Source: Kondoa subrosea
Lineage: Eukaryota
Assembly (NCBI GenBank): GCA_039545335.1
Contig: BCIN01000001.1
Span: forward strand, 798,208-862,207
DNA: 64,000 nucleotides
Direction: 5' to 3'
A program made the position numbers and the translations under genes. Below the pieces are notes generated by a model. That model was not told the DNA's origin. It made no database searches and worked only from the letters and a program-made list of their open reading frames with translations. Shown here piece after piece: positions 37,040 to 50,761 of the stretch. Positions within the stretch are counted from its first letter, which is position 1. Each line of letters begins with the position of its first letter.

Positions 37040-39762
37040 CTATCGCTTATTAGCTTCTTTCAACCTCTTCAAATCTTCTTTTTCCCTTTTAGCCCTTTCT
37101 TTAGCTTCATCCTTTTGCATCTTTTCAATTTCCTTCAACTGTTTCTTTGATAACACAGGTGAAGTTTGTCCTCCACCATTCATATATTCTGAAGCAGGTT
37201 GGTGTGGTGCTTGATGTTCTTCTATTCCAGGTGTTTGCGAAGAAGAAGAAGGTAATTCAAATCCACCAGAAACGGATAAAGGTCTTTTGAAACTCTTTGT
37301 TCTTCCAAACAGACGACCAAAAGTGCCTGTCTTCGTGCTAGAAGATTGCGAAGTAGAAGGTTTGAACGAAGAAGAAGAAGCACCAGCAGCGAAATCGGTG
37401 GAATATTGTGATTGGGATAAATTGTTGGAAGAAATAGATTCATCATCTGTTGCTGGATCACTCAAATCCATGAATGATTTCTGTTGTTGATGAGAAACTT
37501 GATGAGGATCTGCACCTTCTGTTTGGGCCCGAACATGGCCCGTCGGCGATAAGAGGTTGGCCGATGAGGTTTCCTGCAAAGGGCTTGCAATGTCTTCCGC
37601 TGTCCAATTTGCTGGTTTTTGGGATAAACTGCGTCGATTGGCAAGAGCGAAGAGACCTCGTCGTTCTTTCACAGGAGAAGGTACATTTGGCGAAAGGATA
37701 CGTTCAGGTGATGGAGGTGAGCTGTACTGTGAGGTAGTAGCTTGAGATGGAGTTCTGGAGATATTCGATCCAGGCAAAGCTAGATTCTCGGATGTGTTCA
37801 GCGATAGCCGAGGCTTGGTGATAGTGAGACCTGAGGGAGTATTAGCAGAAGATGAAGGAGGTGAAGGAGATATCGGAGCAAGAGTAGGGAAAGGTAGAGG
37901 AGGAACTGGCGGTATTGTCGGAGAAGGTATCGGCGGAAGTTGAAGAGATATAGGCCGCGGCGGTTGCAAGTCAACTGCTTGATAGAACAGCACGTAGCCA
38001 CTACCCATGCCTGGTGTATCGCCAAAGTATTTGTAAATATCTGATTCTTCTATTTGCTGAACTGTATCATCGTCGAAAATAATCCATCTTCCGCAAGATT
38101 TGATTATAGCTATATAATGGCCGTGATGAGCACCACTATACAAATATCAGCCTTGGAATGTCTATGCCAAAGTGAGAACTTACGCTCCAATATGTACTAC
38201 TATGGCCCATAATGAATATAGTCGATCTGGGTCTGGTGCAGAATCCACAGTGTCGAAAAGGCGGAGCTCGAACGGGAAAACAACGCGATATGAAAGCTTA
38301 GTGAACCTCTGAACATCTTCTTGCCATTTGAATCGTTTTAGGTGTAGTGCCAGTACACCTGGAAGATGCTTGATTTTCATTCTTTTCTCGGCTTCTTGTA
38401 GTCCACAGCATGTGTCGCAAGAGAACTTGTTCCGTGAGCCTAGATAACAACTCAGTCATGATCTTTCATCGATTGGATTGGACCAACAAAGCATCTCTCT
38501 TGCACTGAATTGCCGCAAGCAAGATGTCAGAGAAGTGTTCTCTTCTATGTCAATCGACAAATCGAGGAAGCACTCGTCTCGACTTGTGACCTGTGAAATA
38601 ACGAACCCGCTGAGCAATGAAACGTTACACAACTGCCTCGTGACCCACAGTTTCGCATGTCAGACATTTTGTTTCGCTAGTCAAAACGCCTTCAAACAGT
38701 TCATGAACCCAAGTCTTCCCTTGCGACAGTCCATTCGCTTTGCCTTTGTTTGTCTTTTCCAGATCTTCAGCAACAGCATTCAAAAGGTAATTCAAGAATT
38801 CATGAGCATCTTGATGCATTGTGCTTCGAAACAACTCGTTCTCTTTCTTGAGTTGCGTAACGAATGCTTGCGGCGCTACAACGCCTGTCTTTTCACTATG
38901 ATTCGAGATAGCTAAGAAGAGTTCTTTCATTGTTGACATGAGCGTCGCATTCTCGTCTAATGGCCCATCGAGATTTATGGATGGATGGAGATCGGATGTA
39001 GGTGCAGCTGCTGGATTCTTGGAAGGTCCAGCATCAAGAGGAGAAACAGGACCGAACTTGCTAGCGGCTGCCGCACTATTCGCTGAAGTATTGACTTGTA
39101 ACCCATTTGACTGAACTACTGTTTCTTCCTGCTGCGATTCAGTAGAAGGAGAAGAGCTATCTCTCCATTTGAAAGCGTTGGCTATCCTTTCTTTCCCAGC
39201 TGAAGTCCCAACGGCTCGACTTTTGCCTTTGTCTGATGGAGATGACTTAGGTCTGCCGGACAGATCTGTTTTGGATTGAGCTGAAGATGATAAAGGCCTG
39301 GGTGATCCCATTGCTGGAGAGACAGGTGCTGAAGAAGCGATTTGAGGACCAATGACTTTATCCCGAAAAGGCGGACAGAAGTAAAGCGCTTGAAGGACAG
39401 AGTTGCACTGCAACTTATATATCAGGTGATCTTTTCGTAGAAATAGTGTCTAGAAACTCGCATAACATGTATTGCCAAACTGGTCAACCGAGATTTCAGC
39501 GACAGACAGAGATTCTTGAGCAGATGGACTCTTACATTCTGCATTCCAAACAAGCGTTCTACATGCGACAGATGAATGTGAACCATTGCCCATCAGGATG
39601 CACATGTTGAGACTTACCAGCAGCTAATTCCTCTTCGGCCCTTCTCTGCTGTATCCCTGGTTCACTTGCTCCAGCTACAGGTGACACATCCGATCCATTG
39701 ACCAGTGTAGCCGCCCCATTACTGGTCGCATTGCCCGCTCCTCCGCGCCAATTCTTAAACAT
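37040..39762 (-). CDS. Ubiquitin-specific protease, USP12/46 (CreB/Ubp9-13) type
   Basis: Cys box [65 protein letters not shown], and His box HGHYIAIIK...FDD...GYVLFYQ. Confidence 0.93.
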
Positions 39763-40057
39763 CGGAGAGCCGCTTGTCTCGCAATGAACGAGGTATAATG
39801 CCTTATAGGTATCTCAAAGCGCGCTCTTTGGAATGGGTCAGCCACTACTCTAAAGGGAGGGGTATCGACAAGTCAATCTTGCATGAATCCTTCAGCTCGG
39901 TGGTTAGTCCGAGACCGTAATTGAATTACATGTCAAGCTTTGGGTCTCTCGGCAGTGCATTATCGCAGCCTGTTACATGTTATCGGTCTTTATACTATCT
40001 TCCGCTTCTGTGGAACCCTTTCATTCATTAGCCTGTGTTTGCCAATCGGACTGTTCC

Positions 40058-40785
40058 TCATGCTTTTCTGACTTCTGGCTTGAAGCACGACGAAGCAAGA
40101 GGTGAAGGGAGAGAAAAGAGTTGCTCTAGAGCTGGTGTTAACAGGCCTTCTTGAGTCGACCAAGAAGGAGGCAGATTATGGTTCAAGTAAAGAGACAGCT
40201 TGCGTGAAGGCGAACAAGGTTGAGTATCAATTGCTAAAAAAGAGAGTGTGAGTGTTGACCTTTCTCAGAGAGAATCGTTGAATTTACCCAGCGGTCTAAT
40301 AATGTCTGTCGGACGAAAATGTTCCCCTTCCGCTGAAGGCAGAGCAATCGTCATGTTCAAGTCATAACCTCTATCAAAGCATGAGACTGCTGCTGCACTG
40401 TATGCTGAGCTGTATTCGGAAGGAGCTGAACTGTATGCTGAGCGAGACTTGTTCGAGCTGGGCATGCGTTCATAAGCTTCGATAGAGGTCGCTGATATTG
40501 GAGACTGTTCAGCAGAAGCAGAAGGAGAATAGCCGTAGGGCATTGGCGGTAAGTGCGTAGAGTGATTGTTGAGTTGTCGTGGCTGCCCATGGGCATTGTT
40601 GATCGTTTGATAGTTATGCAACGGCGGAATAGAAACTTGACTTAAAGATCGTCCCTAGCACAGCAAGAATCGTCAATTGTCAGTATCAAGGATGGAATTT
40701 AGCTCACCTTCGGGACTATAGATGGTACAGGAGAAGAAGAAGCAGCATTGGAGACAGGTTGAGGTGAGAGGTACGCTAAATGCAT
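40058..40785 (-). CDS. Ser/Pro-rich hypothetical protein, three exons
   Basis: ATG 40785 (MHLAYLSPQP..). Introns with GTGAGC (~40707) and GTAAAT (~40287) donors join three stop-free exons ending KPEVRKA*. Confidence 0.5.
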
Positions 40786-40966
40786 TTCGCGATCGCGTAA
40801 CCAAGGGTATCTAGAGACAGCAATGGTGAAGAAGGAAGAAACAAGATTCGCAAGAGTCAATCGACCTCTGAAAAGAAGAAAGGGAATTTGAAGTTTACTT
40901 CTGGAAGCAAGAAAAACAAGAAAGAGATCAAGACGAGCAAGCAAAGAGCCTCTCAATATTTGAGAC

Positions 40967-43900
40967 CTATGCGTTATCGACAGTAATTTGACTAGCATCC
41001 AAACCCAACGCTCTTAATAGTAGATTGGCATTGTTCTAATCGAGAAATATCAGCCTTCTGAAAAGAGCCGGGATATGATGAGACTCACGATTTTGAGTGC
41101 TCCAGCTTCTGGTGAGGTAGTTTTCCGACTAGCTGCTGTGACTAATTCCAGTACTTTCTCCCTTGCACTGAAAACAAGAGCTTGTTGCTGTTCCATATCC
41201 GAGCCAACTGCTAAGGCTGCCAAGAAGGACCACACAGGTTGATCTTGCAGATCGATATCTGGCCGCAAACCTGATCCAGTTGCCAAATATGGCGCAGCGC
41301 CAAAAGGCAGATTTGCAATAGCTCGAGTCGAAGGGAAAAGGTTTGGTATCTGATCTTGAAGTTTGCTGAAAAGATTGTTGAATACCACAGTCCTAGATGG
41401 CCTGGTCAGTATCGGACATTTTTAGTGATATTGAGCAACTTACCAATTCTGTAGTTCGTCTTCAGTTGGAGCAGGAACTTCTGGTGCTCCATCTCCAGCC
41501 TGTGCATTCTGCTTTAGCAACTCCGCTCGACTCAAGAACATAGTCAAGAAAGCTATTCCAGCTTTTGTTTGTGCAAGCTGAACAAGGTTGTTTCGTTCAA
41601 TCATTAGACCAAGCAGCCCGCCAACCATTCGAAGCGGCTGTTTGCTTAGCATATTCAAGAAAGGTGGGATGATAGTGCTGAGGAACAAGTCAGTCTCGTT
41701 TTCAAGATCTTTTGCTGTGCTGGAACTGGATTTATTCAATAGACTTGCTTGATCGAGAAGCGGTGCTTTGTGTACGACGTCGATTTGAGTGAAGGTAGCA
41801 ATCATAAGAGTGAAGAGAAGTAAAGTTTGTTGCTCGTTGATCTGTCGCAAGATTCTAGGAAGAAGCTTCTTGCCTTTTGAAGGTGCCAGAAGGGAAATGA
41901 AAGGATGAGGATTGCTGTGAGTACCGTGCATGAAAATTAGGAATATAATTGTTCATGAGCACATGTGAGCTCACCTGATGTCGACCGGTTCTCCAACCCG
42001 CAGATTTGTCCACAGAGATCTTAACAACTCGTCAAATTGCTGTTTCTTCGTTTCAAGCTCTTTGATCGAATCTTCAGCATCAGGTGCTCCACTTAATGCA
42101 TGAGCATTGAGGTGTGGTAGAGCACGTTTGAGCTGTTCCATCTCAAGAACAATATCGTAAAGCTTTTCGACAGAGACCAGAACTTTCCATCTAGATAGAG
42201 CTGGTTGTTGACCGGATGCATCATTCGTCGAAGCCAGACGAGCGAGTTTGGGTGCCGCTGAAGAAGCATCTGCTTCATTTGTTTTTTCAACTTGCAAAAG
42301 TTTCCTCGGTGCAGCTCGAGTGCGAATAGCGATCTTGCCCAAAGCACCATCAAGTGATACTGTGATACGTTTCAGAGCTGATTGGTAGTCTTTCAAACAT
42401 GCGAACTCACGCTGGGTAGCTCTTGGCTTCTTTCGAGCATCATCGACAATTCGTTGAACCTGTTGTGCCATCTTCATCATAGCCTGTTGTCTTCTCTTTC
42501 CACCAGTTTGCAATGCAGCTTGCTGTTGTTGCTGATTTCGAGCACCTCGAATCGCTTGGTAAACCGTATAATAGAAGTCGTTGATCAAAGGATCATGATC
42601 CCCTCCTGGACCTAGCGTATTGAGCAATTGACTAAGTTGGATACGAGTGATGAAGTCTTTCTCGCTCGTGGTCATTGCATTGTTGTGCGTTGCCATGGAA
42701 GCGATCTTGAGTCCTTTCCTTCTTCGACGAGCTTCTTCCTGTTCAGCTTGCATAATCATTGTTTCTAGTTGTTTCATGGCTTCATTGTTCTCAGCTGATG
42801 GGCGAGATATGAGATTGATCCGAAGAGCATGCATTTGACCCAGAGACATCTGTCCAGAGGGAGTTGGGCCATGACCTCGTTGAAAGACCTGAGGAACCAC
42901 AGGGCCTTGAGTTCCAAGAGGAGGAAACATCGCAGGATCGCCTCCGTCACGAAGCAATTGTTGGAACACCTCTTGCGTGACTTGTTGAGGTTGCTGCACT
43001 TGTTGCTGTTGAGGCTTCTGTGGAGATGCAGAGCGAGGCTGCATAGGAATGGGAGGAATCTGCTGATTTGGTAATGGCTGAGGAGCAGGCATTCGCATCT
43101 GGGATTGACGAGGTCCCATCTGCTGTTGAAATTGCTGAGGCATCATTCCAGGCGGTAATGACATTGGTGGACCCTGCATGAAGCGCATATTTGGATCATG
43201 CTGAGGAGGCATACCCATCGGAAACTGCATTTGCTGAGGAGGAGGTTGCGAGAACGTGCCAAAAGGGGAATTATTGCCTTGCATCATATTCTGCTGAGGC
43301 ATCTGGGGAGCGACTTGAGGTGAAGACGAGCGTCCTCGGAGCATCTCTGCTTCTATCTCTTCCAATGTCTTGTGAGTCGGACGTGCTGGCTGAGGGTGCT
43401 GAGGCTGAGGCGGACCGGCTGATACGGGCTTTGGTGATTGGCGAGTCGCAAACATTTCAGCTTCAATTTCAGCTAGAGTCTTATGTCGACTTTGCTGACT
43501 CGTTGGCACTGGTCTTTGAGCTGAGGCGGAGTTAGACTGAGCTGGTTTCGACATGCCACCTCCCAATAACGGATCAGAGTCCCATGATGAAGCATTCCAA
43601 GATGTCAAGGAAGGTTGATTAGACTGATGCGAAACTTGCGAAGGCTGAGATATAGGTTGTTCAGGCTGACCAGGAATTCGACCTCCAGTGCCAGAGAAAT
43701 CAAAATCACGTTGAACAGGCAAATCGCCGCCGAATGTATCGTCGTTGAGCTCATTGAGAGACTCATCCAGACCAACTACAAGCTGGACTCAGCTAATAGC
43801 CAGCTGTCGGTGAAATCACTTACGACCCGTCTCATCATTGAAGTCGTATATTTCTGTCAGTCGCAAACTTGGTGAGCTCTGTGTCAAGCGTGATTCTAGC

Positions 43901-44036
43901 TACCAGCTGACCTATGTCATGACCTAGAGACTCGAGCTGCCCAATGATTTTCAGCTTGACAACAATCTCGCTGGTAAATGAAGCGAACCTTTGCATCTAG
44001 CGAGCTGAAGTCGCCCAATGCACCAGTCGAGAACAT
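40967..44036 (-). CDS. PAT1: mRNA decapping activator Pat1
   Basis: ELNDDTFG, KTLAEIEAEM repeats, MTTSEKDFITRIQLSQL, DFYYTVY, GALGKIAIRT, PFISLLAPSKGKKLLPR, and C-terminal LLRALGLDASQI. Confidence 0.93.
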
Positions 44037-44233
44037 CTCTGTGACCAGGACCTCGTTGCAGCGATGCTCAAGCAAGCGATAATCCAAGCGCTTCGGTAGT
44101 TTGCGACGAGAGACTGTGGACCACAAAATGGACTTGACTAGCTTGTATGGCACAGACAGAGCTTGTATGGCTCAAAGGTTTGCAGCCGAAATGCACATTG
44201 ATGTACAAGGATTATGTTTATCTTTTCAGCTCA

Positions 44234-47096
44234 TCATTTCGCTGGAACAGGGTCCTGCAAACCCTTTGCTCTCCTTAGACCCCAGCTGCGACAGATCATT
44301 AGACAGACAGACGAGCGAGTATGGTACGACTCACTCTCCGTGAACATCGAGCAGGATGCGCAAAGCTCTTCTTGCTCTGACTTTCGAAATGTCCTCTTCC
44401 GATCTCACTTCCTCTTTGGTCTTTTTGTCGAACGGATATCTGTACCATGTTAAGATAAGCTTTCGTGAGTATACAAGCAAAAGGGAAACAAACGGTAAGG
44501 CCGTTTGAAGAGTCTAAGAACAAATCAGCAACAGGTTCAGTCCAGAACGAACAGGTGTTTACCTCGTAAGCAACCAGAGTCACACCAAACTGAGGCGAAC
44601 TTCGCAACACACGAGCTGGTCCTCCTTTGAACAATGCTTGGAAACCTTCCTCGGCTGGAATTTTCCTGAAAGCATCAAAGACTCCCTTGTAATGCGTGTC
44701 TCCTTTCCTTGCTTCTGATTGCAATCGAGTCTTGACTACATCTGCTGGTGTTGTGAGGTAAGCTGAAGGCATACCAGCGATCGAGGCTGCTAGAAGAGTT
44801 TCGCCATAGCCTGCCCAATGACAAAGATGAAAATCAGCAAATGCTGAAGTCCCCTTGCCGCACGGACCTAGCTTTTTCCCATTCTTGCCTTCGCCGAAGT
44901 AATCCTTCTTCAAGTGATTATATGCTGTGAAGTAAATTGCCTATGTACAAGTTAGCATTATGCAAGTACCTGGATATGGATGACTTACAGAGAAGGGCAC
45001 GTCTCTCATGAGGCTGTCATGATTCCAAAAGCGAGAAATCAGCATACAACTGACAATAGCTCTGGACGACTGACCATGCTGTTGATCCTTTATACAGACC
45101 AAGAAGACCAAGCTGCTTAACAATATGTACTGCTCCTCGCTTGATCGCGTCAGAGCCTTTCACTTTGGCTGCTTCTCCTTGCATTTGCAGTCGAATTTTA
45201 ACAACTGTAGAACATTCCCGAACGACGTATCAGCCAACGCTGAAGTTGCCAGGGTTCTGCCTACTCTCAAGAGGATTCGTAAACACCTGGAGACAGTCAG
45301 CTAGAAGTTCAGATGAAGGAACGGATGCGACTTACCACTTGCGAAGCTCCCGCAGAAGCACCAGCGGCAAATTCCCAAGGCAATTTAATCTTGCCTGTCT
45401 CTGGATCTGTAGCTCTCCCACGAACGAGATCGTTCACAGTAAGTTTGATGGCTTTTTCGGGTGCCACTCCCTGAACATCAATGTAAGGAAAGCGGTATCA
45501 CTTAATTGAGGACTTGACAAACAAGTAATTGTGGAGGAAGACCTCGATAAAAACCCATCAGACCTTCGTTTTTGTACACTTTCGATACGCAATCGAGGGA
45601 ATTGCGGTATAAAAGTTCGCCAACGACTTTACTCCTTTGATTCTGCATACGAGTCTTGACCTGTGCATCATGAACGAGAGCATTTAAGTCATGGAACAGA
45701 CTAAGCCGCATCGTTTGCGCACCAGATCAATAGGATATACTGCTGTTGCTCCTAATCCACCTGCCAAACCTCCCAAACCAAAGTTATAGATCGCTTTTCC
45801 CAAATCATGGAAGATGCTCGGTTTGCCATCTTCAGCTTGAGAGTAAGCTTCCCATTTCGCATCAAACAGTTGGTTGAAATCGCTCAAGCGTAAACGAGAT
45901 GATTCCTGATTTGCAGTAAAGTGGAAGATGATGTCTGCTTCTAGAGGTGTGAAGACTCCATAGCGAGTGAATTGGGCAGCTGCGTTGAGGAAATCGTCCC
46001 TCGATATTCGGGAGTCTTTTGATTTGTTGATTGCTTGTTTTACTATGATTTCGACGAGATCGATTTCTTTTATGACCTGGGATAAATTTGAGAATTGAAT
46101 TTTAATAATAAGTTGAGGTGACAAACATTGATGAAAGCGCGAAGTTCAGAATAAGAAACCCGACCACTAGCGGTGAGTTGACAAAGAGTAGGTAGTCTAT
46201 CAATAATGCGATCGTTGAGCTTATGCGCAGCCATTTCCTTGATGATTCGCGAGAAGTCGCCTGGTGAAATGTAACCAGATCCATCTTTATCTAAATGTGT
46301 GAAAGCTTGACGAATGCGTTCGCCTTGCAAGCCTTTCATGAGTTGAGTGAATTCGCTGTATCCCATAACATGTTGGCCAGTTCTTTGACCCATATACATC
46401 TTTAGCCATCTAGTTTCGAAATCGAAAGGTAATGACTTTGGTCCCAAGTTGCGAGAGAAGACTTCTTTGAACTCGTCGAAGGTAAGTTCTCCGTTTCCAT
46501 CTACATCGAAAAGAGCAAAAGCGACGCGGAACTCCGCATCAGGTTGTTTAAGTAGAGTTTCGAAAGCGACGAATTCGTCAAAGGTGATTTGACCTCGTCG
46601 TTTTGTATCTGCAACTTGAAAGAGAAGGCCATATTGACGTTTGCCGATCTTGATAAAGTCCTCTCTTGGTGCGATGGCATTCACGAATTGATCCTCGTCC
46701 AGATCTTGCTCGAGGTCAGACACATTGTCATAGAATCGTGTGAACCTATAGCTCACATCTGACACCCTCCTGATCTATTTCCTGAGCGTTCGTATTGAAA
46801 GTCCTCTCCCATTTCTGCAGGCTGAATAAGCAGCGCTGTCGAAACCCACAAGAAGCGACGCACCAAATATTCTGAATCCATTCGAGTTGCAGGCAAGGGT
46901 ACTCCAACTTTGTGCGTCAGGTCTACAACCTTCTCTGTAGCTTGATGCACCTTCTCTGAAGCTATAGCTGGCAGCTGCTTGGCTTTCTCTGCTATTGAAG
47001 GTTGTTCATCGCATTGAAGCGCGCTGAAAGCTGTGGAAAGTGAGGCTTAGAATTGTCTGAGTCTGTGTATGCGTACTTACCTGCCCAGAACGACAT
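44234..47096 (-). CDS. AGC1: Mitochondrial aspartate/glutamate carrier with N-terminal EF-hands (Aralar/citrin)
   Basis: EF hands ([39 protein letters not shown]) and carrier signatures [50 protein letters not shown]. Probable start [14 protein letters not shown]. Confidence 0.96.
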
Positions 47097-47557
47097 GAAG
47101 GATAGCGGGGTCCACACACAGCGAGCTCCGAATGGCAGTTTCAAGCGAGCGAGCGGAGATTTCGGCTGGAGCAGGGTTGCTCTCAACAGCCATGACCGAG
47201 AGCTGTAGAACGTCTTCGCAGAAGAGTACACTGTCTGCACATGAAGGCTGCATCTGTATTGATGCGCGATCTTTCGAGTGCAGTGTCGAAATCGGCTTCA
47301 TATGATTTATAGTCTCTTTTGTTGTCTTCCGCTAGTGTCTTCAACGTTACTTGCCTATCTTACTTCTGATGCATGCTGCTTATCATTTATCTTTATCTTT
47401 ATCTTTCGTCTCAATTGTGAATGCCTGGTACTGCCGCCGGTCTTATGGGTCACGCTTTTTGCAGATGACGGACACTCGGCCCAGGTAATAAGGATGGATG
47501 CATCTCGGAATTCATATACACAGCACGCAATCTAGCATGAAGCTTATGAGCACAAGG

Positions 47558-49077
47558 CTACCTCTACGTGCTGCATTAGCTCCGATACATTTGAGGTGTC
47601 AGAATACTTACCGGAGCGCCCGGAGCAGCATTAACTGGGCCTGCCTCGGTAGATGCTGTTGTTGGTGCATTCTTCTTGATGAACGGATGCGTGGGAGGCA
47701 GGACTTTGTTGTGATGGAATACTTCATGATGTGCCTTGAATTGCGACTAACGGGCTATGATGTCAGCAATCTTGGCAGCACACAGCTGTTACGTACGTTG
47801 ACTGTGAAAATCGCACCATAGGCGCACTCTCGCCACGTTCCGTTATTCAAATTCTTTTGAATTTCTTCTTTCGAGAACTTTTCGTTTGTAGGCTTCATCC
47901 CTGCGTTATATCCACCCGGTGTGTAATATCTACACAGAGCTTTCTCCGTCTTGACCGTCTTGACCTTAGAAACGGGAGCAGAAGGATCTCCAGTGATAAC
48001 GTGCCAGCTTGTGTCAAGCAGAGCAGGGTGAAACGATTGAATTGACTGTAGTATCGTGTGTCAGTCGCGCCGCTTTTGTTTAGGTCGACATCATAACACA
48101 AGAGGACATACCCTGATCGGCACATTGGGAGTTTGCCCTACAACGGGATTCTGACTTGAATGAGGCTCTTCAAGGTGTTCTCCGCTTAAGTGGTTCACCG
48201 GCTGAATGGCGTGTAGTGTAGGATCGCTACCATGGATCGGAGTATGGCCAACAACTCGTGCAGGCGACAGCTCGTGTTCAGCAGGCTGAGGTTGTACAAG
48301 ATACGGAGAACGTGGATGACTTGCATCCGAAGGGAGATCATAAGGGAATTGGTCGTATTGAATCCGGGATCCAGTCTGTCGCTTGCACGTCAGCGTCTCA
48401 AAAAGGATTTTTTTGCCGACTTACAGGCTGCCGGGCGATGGGCTGCTTCCCACCAGAGCCAGAAGCGAAGTCAGGCTTAATGTAGACTGGCGGAGATCCG
48501 ATGATCGAGGGCGGATGGTTTCTTGAAGGGCTTGTCTGCAAGTGCGCCAGCTCAAATTAATAACGAGGCTGGAGTACACCATAAAACATACCCGCAACAA
48601 CTCGTTCATAGGTATAGGTTGGTTCACGTGGCGGATTGTTTCATGATTCACGCCAAATGCATGGTGACCACCGGCGTGCGCAGACTGGAGGGCGGGATTC
48701 GGCAAGCGGGCCTGAGCATGAACCGAGGTTTCGGAGGACGAGATCTGCACGGGACTGTTAGTCACTACCTCGCCCCGGATCGGATCATAGAAGGCTCCAG
48801 GTTTTGAAACTTCTTGGGCTGGCTTGAGTTGCTTCGCCATTGGAGGACTTGCGGAAGGAGGGCTTTCTCGAAAACGCTTGTCACCAGTGGCAAGAATAGG
48901 TTGGCTGTGCAGAGAATGAGAAGGCAAAGCAGAAGTGGGCTGGCTGGCGTGAGGAACAAGAGGAGCGTGCGCCAGAGGGATCTGAGTAATGCTGGTGTGG
49001 TTGGCAGGATGAAGAGGATCGAGAGCAGGGTCTGGCTGTTTTCGTTTGCCAGAATTGGGGGGATTAGAATGAGACAT
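47558..49077 (-). CDS. Pro/His-rich hypothetical protein with possible atypical C2H2-like finger near the C-terminus
   Basis: ORF 48421-49077 continues through GT-AG introns into SIQSFHPALLDTSWHV...LCRYYTPGG...WRECAYGAIFTVN|SQFKAHHEVFH. The exon model is tentative. Confidence 0.5.
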
Positions 49078-49503
49078 GATGGCGATTGAATGGCAAGGTT
49101 ATAGAAAGTTCGAACGAACAATGAGGTTCCTAGAAGGATCGAGGAAGTAGTTTGGAGAAGAGAGGAGAGAGAGAGAAGGCAAAGAGAGATCAAGAGCGAC
49201 ATAAAGGGATACTGTGAAACTAAGAAGCCCTTGGAAGATCGCATCTCATCACAAGAGACGTCATAGCAAGAGTTCCTGGCCAGCAGAACTGAGCATTGGA
49301 AAGACCATACACCATTCCTCGTCAAGCCAGTCTGAAGCTCTTCCAGGCTCAGGATTCGCAATTCTAGCACAGCCCAGCATCAATTCTAGCCTGGGAGCCG
49401 GTGTACGAGAGCGTATGATCATCACTAGCGAAGACTCGCCGTACCTGTCCGAGCAACAACCCAAAATCTGTCGAGATTTGCCTCTTGTCCCAAGCCGCCG
49501 AAC

Positions 49504-50374
49504 ATGTCTTCCATTCCAGTGCTAGTCAGCTTATTCAGTGGTCATCAACGTACTCTCTCCCTCTCGCTTGAACCGAGCACGCCTCTCTCCTCTTTACCGG
49601 ACCTCTTATCAAGTTATGTACCAAAACCGCAACAAACGCTTTCTACTTTCTCTGGCAAACCTTTAGCTATAGCAGAAGGTGATCTAGCTTCTTTGTATGA
49701 TGGGAAAGGACCTGTATTGCTCAGATTGGGTGTGAGACTATGCGGAGGAAAGGGAGGTTTCGGAAGTCAATTGAGAGCTGCTGGTGGAAGAATGAGCAGT
49801 CGCAATAAGGAAGAGAACAACGATTCGTACGGTCCTTTTAACTGCCATTCTAGAAGAAGGCTGAGTGAGCGAGATAGATGTCGAGATTTGAACGGAAGAA
49901 GATTGTCTTCGGTCAAAGAAGCAGAGAAGCTAAAGAAATACATCGAATCTGCTCCAGAGAGGGAAGCGGCAAGAAAGAAGCAGCTCAAGGATAAATTGAA
50001 AACGCTCAACAAGGAGATTGAAAGAATGGACAGTCAAATGGTCACGTCTACTTCTGCTACACCTGTATTGAGAGATGGAGAAACATTGGCAGAGAAGGAT
50101 AGGGTCATAATTGGCGTAAAACGAAAGGCAGGAAAAGCGGAAGATGAGTTCATTGAGCAGTCGAAGGAGATTGTTGGCAATGTCAGAAATGCTGTTCAGG
50201 CAGGTGAGTTCAGGTCATGCTTTTCCATAGGTACAGAGTTGACATTGTGGTCCCACAGCCATGCTCAAGAAGCGCATGAAGAATGCTGCTGCTGCACCAT
50301 CGACTACAGAACCTGTGGCTGCTTCACTCAAAGGCAAAGAAAAGGCTGTTGCTGAGCCTGTTGCTGTCGCCTGA
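49504..50374 (+). CDS. SDE2: Ubiquitin-fold splicing regulator Sde2
   Basis: A UBL domain ends in RLCGG|KGGFGSQLRAAGGRM (conserved cleavage site), followed by S|CRDLNGRRLSSVKEA. Confidence 0.93.
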
Positions 50375-50761
50375 TCAGGTGCTGATACGTTTGTGTATAT
50401 GTATTACTCATTTCAGATATTTATGGCATGTGTTCCGAGAGTTTGTTAACATCTTTCCGCCAGTGTTTTGGCTTTCTATTCTCTCTGGCTCCTTGGTCTA
50501 CTGTTGTCTACTGTTTCTTTCCTTTGTGTTTCTCTTGTTCCTATGTCTTTCTCTTATACAGGCTAGTGCTGAACTCGACGTCGAGCTTGAAAACCCATTG
50601 ATTCGGTTCTCATTTCCAGCCTGCTTAGTAACTTCGATGGATGTACGGGCACACGAATACAGACTTCAGGTCTGCCGGTCCTCTGCTGATGAAAACGACA
50701 TGATAATTACAGATCCAGCTGTAAATCGTTCTATCTTGCCAACACTACTTTTCCCTTCACT

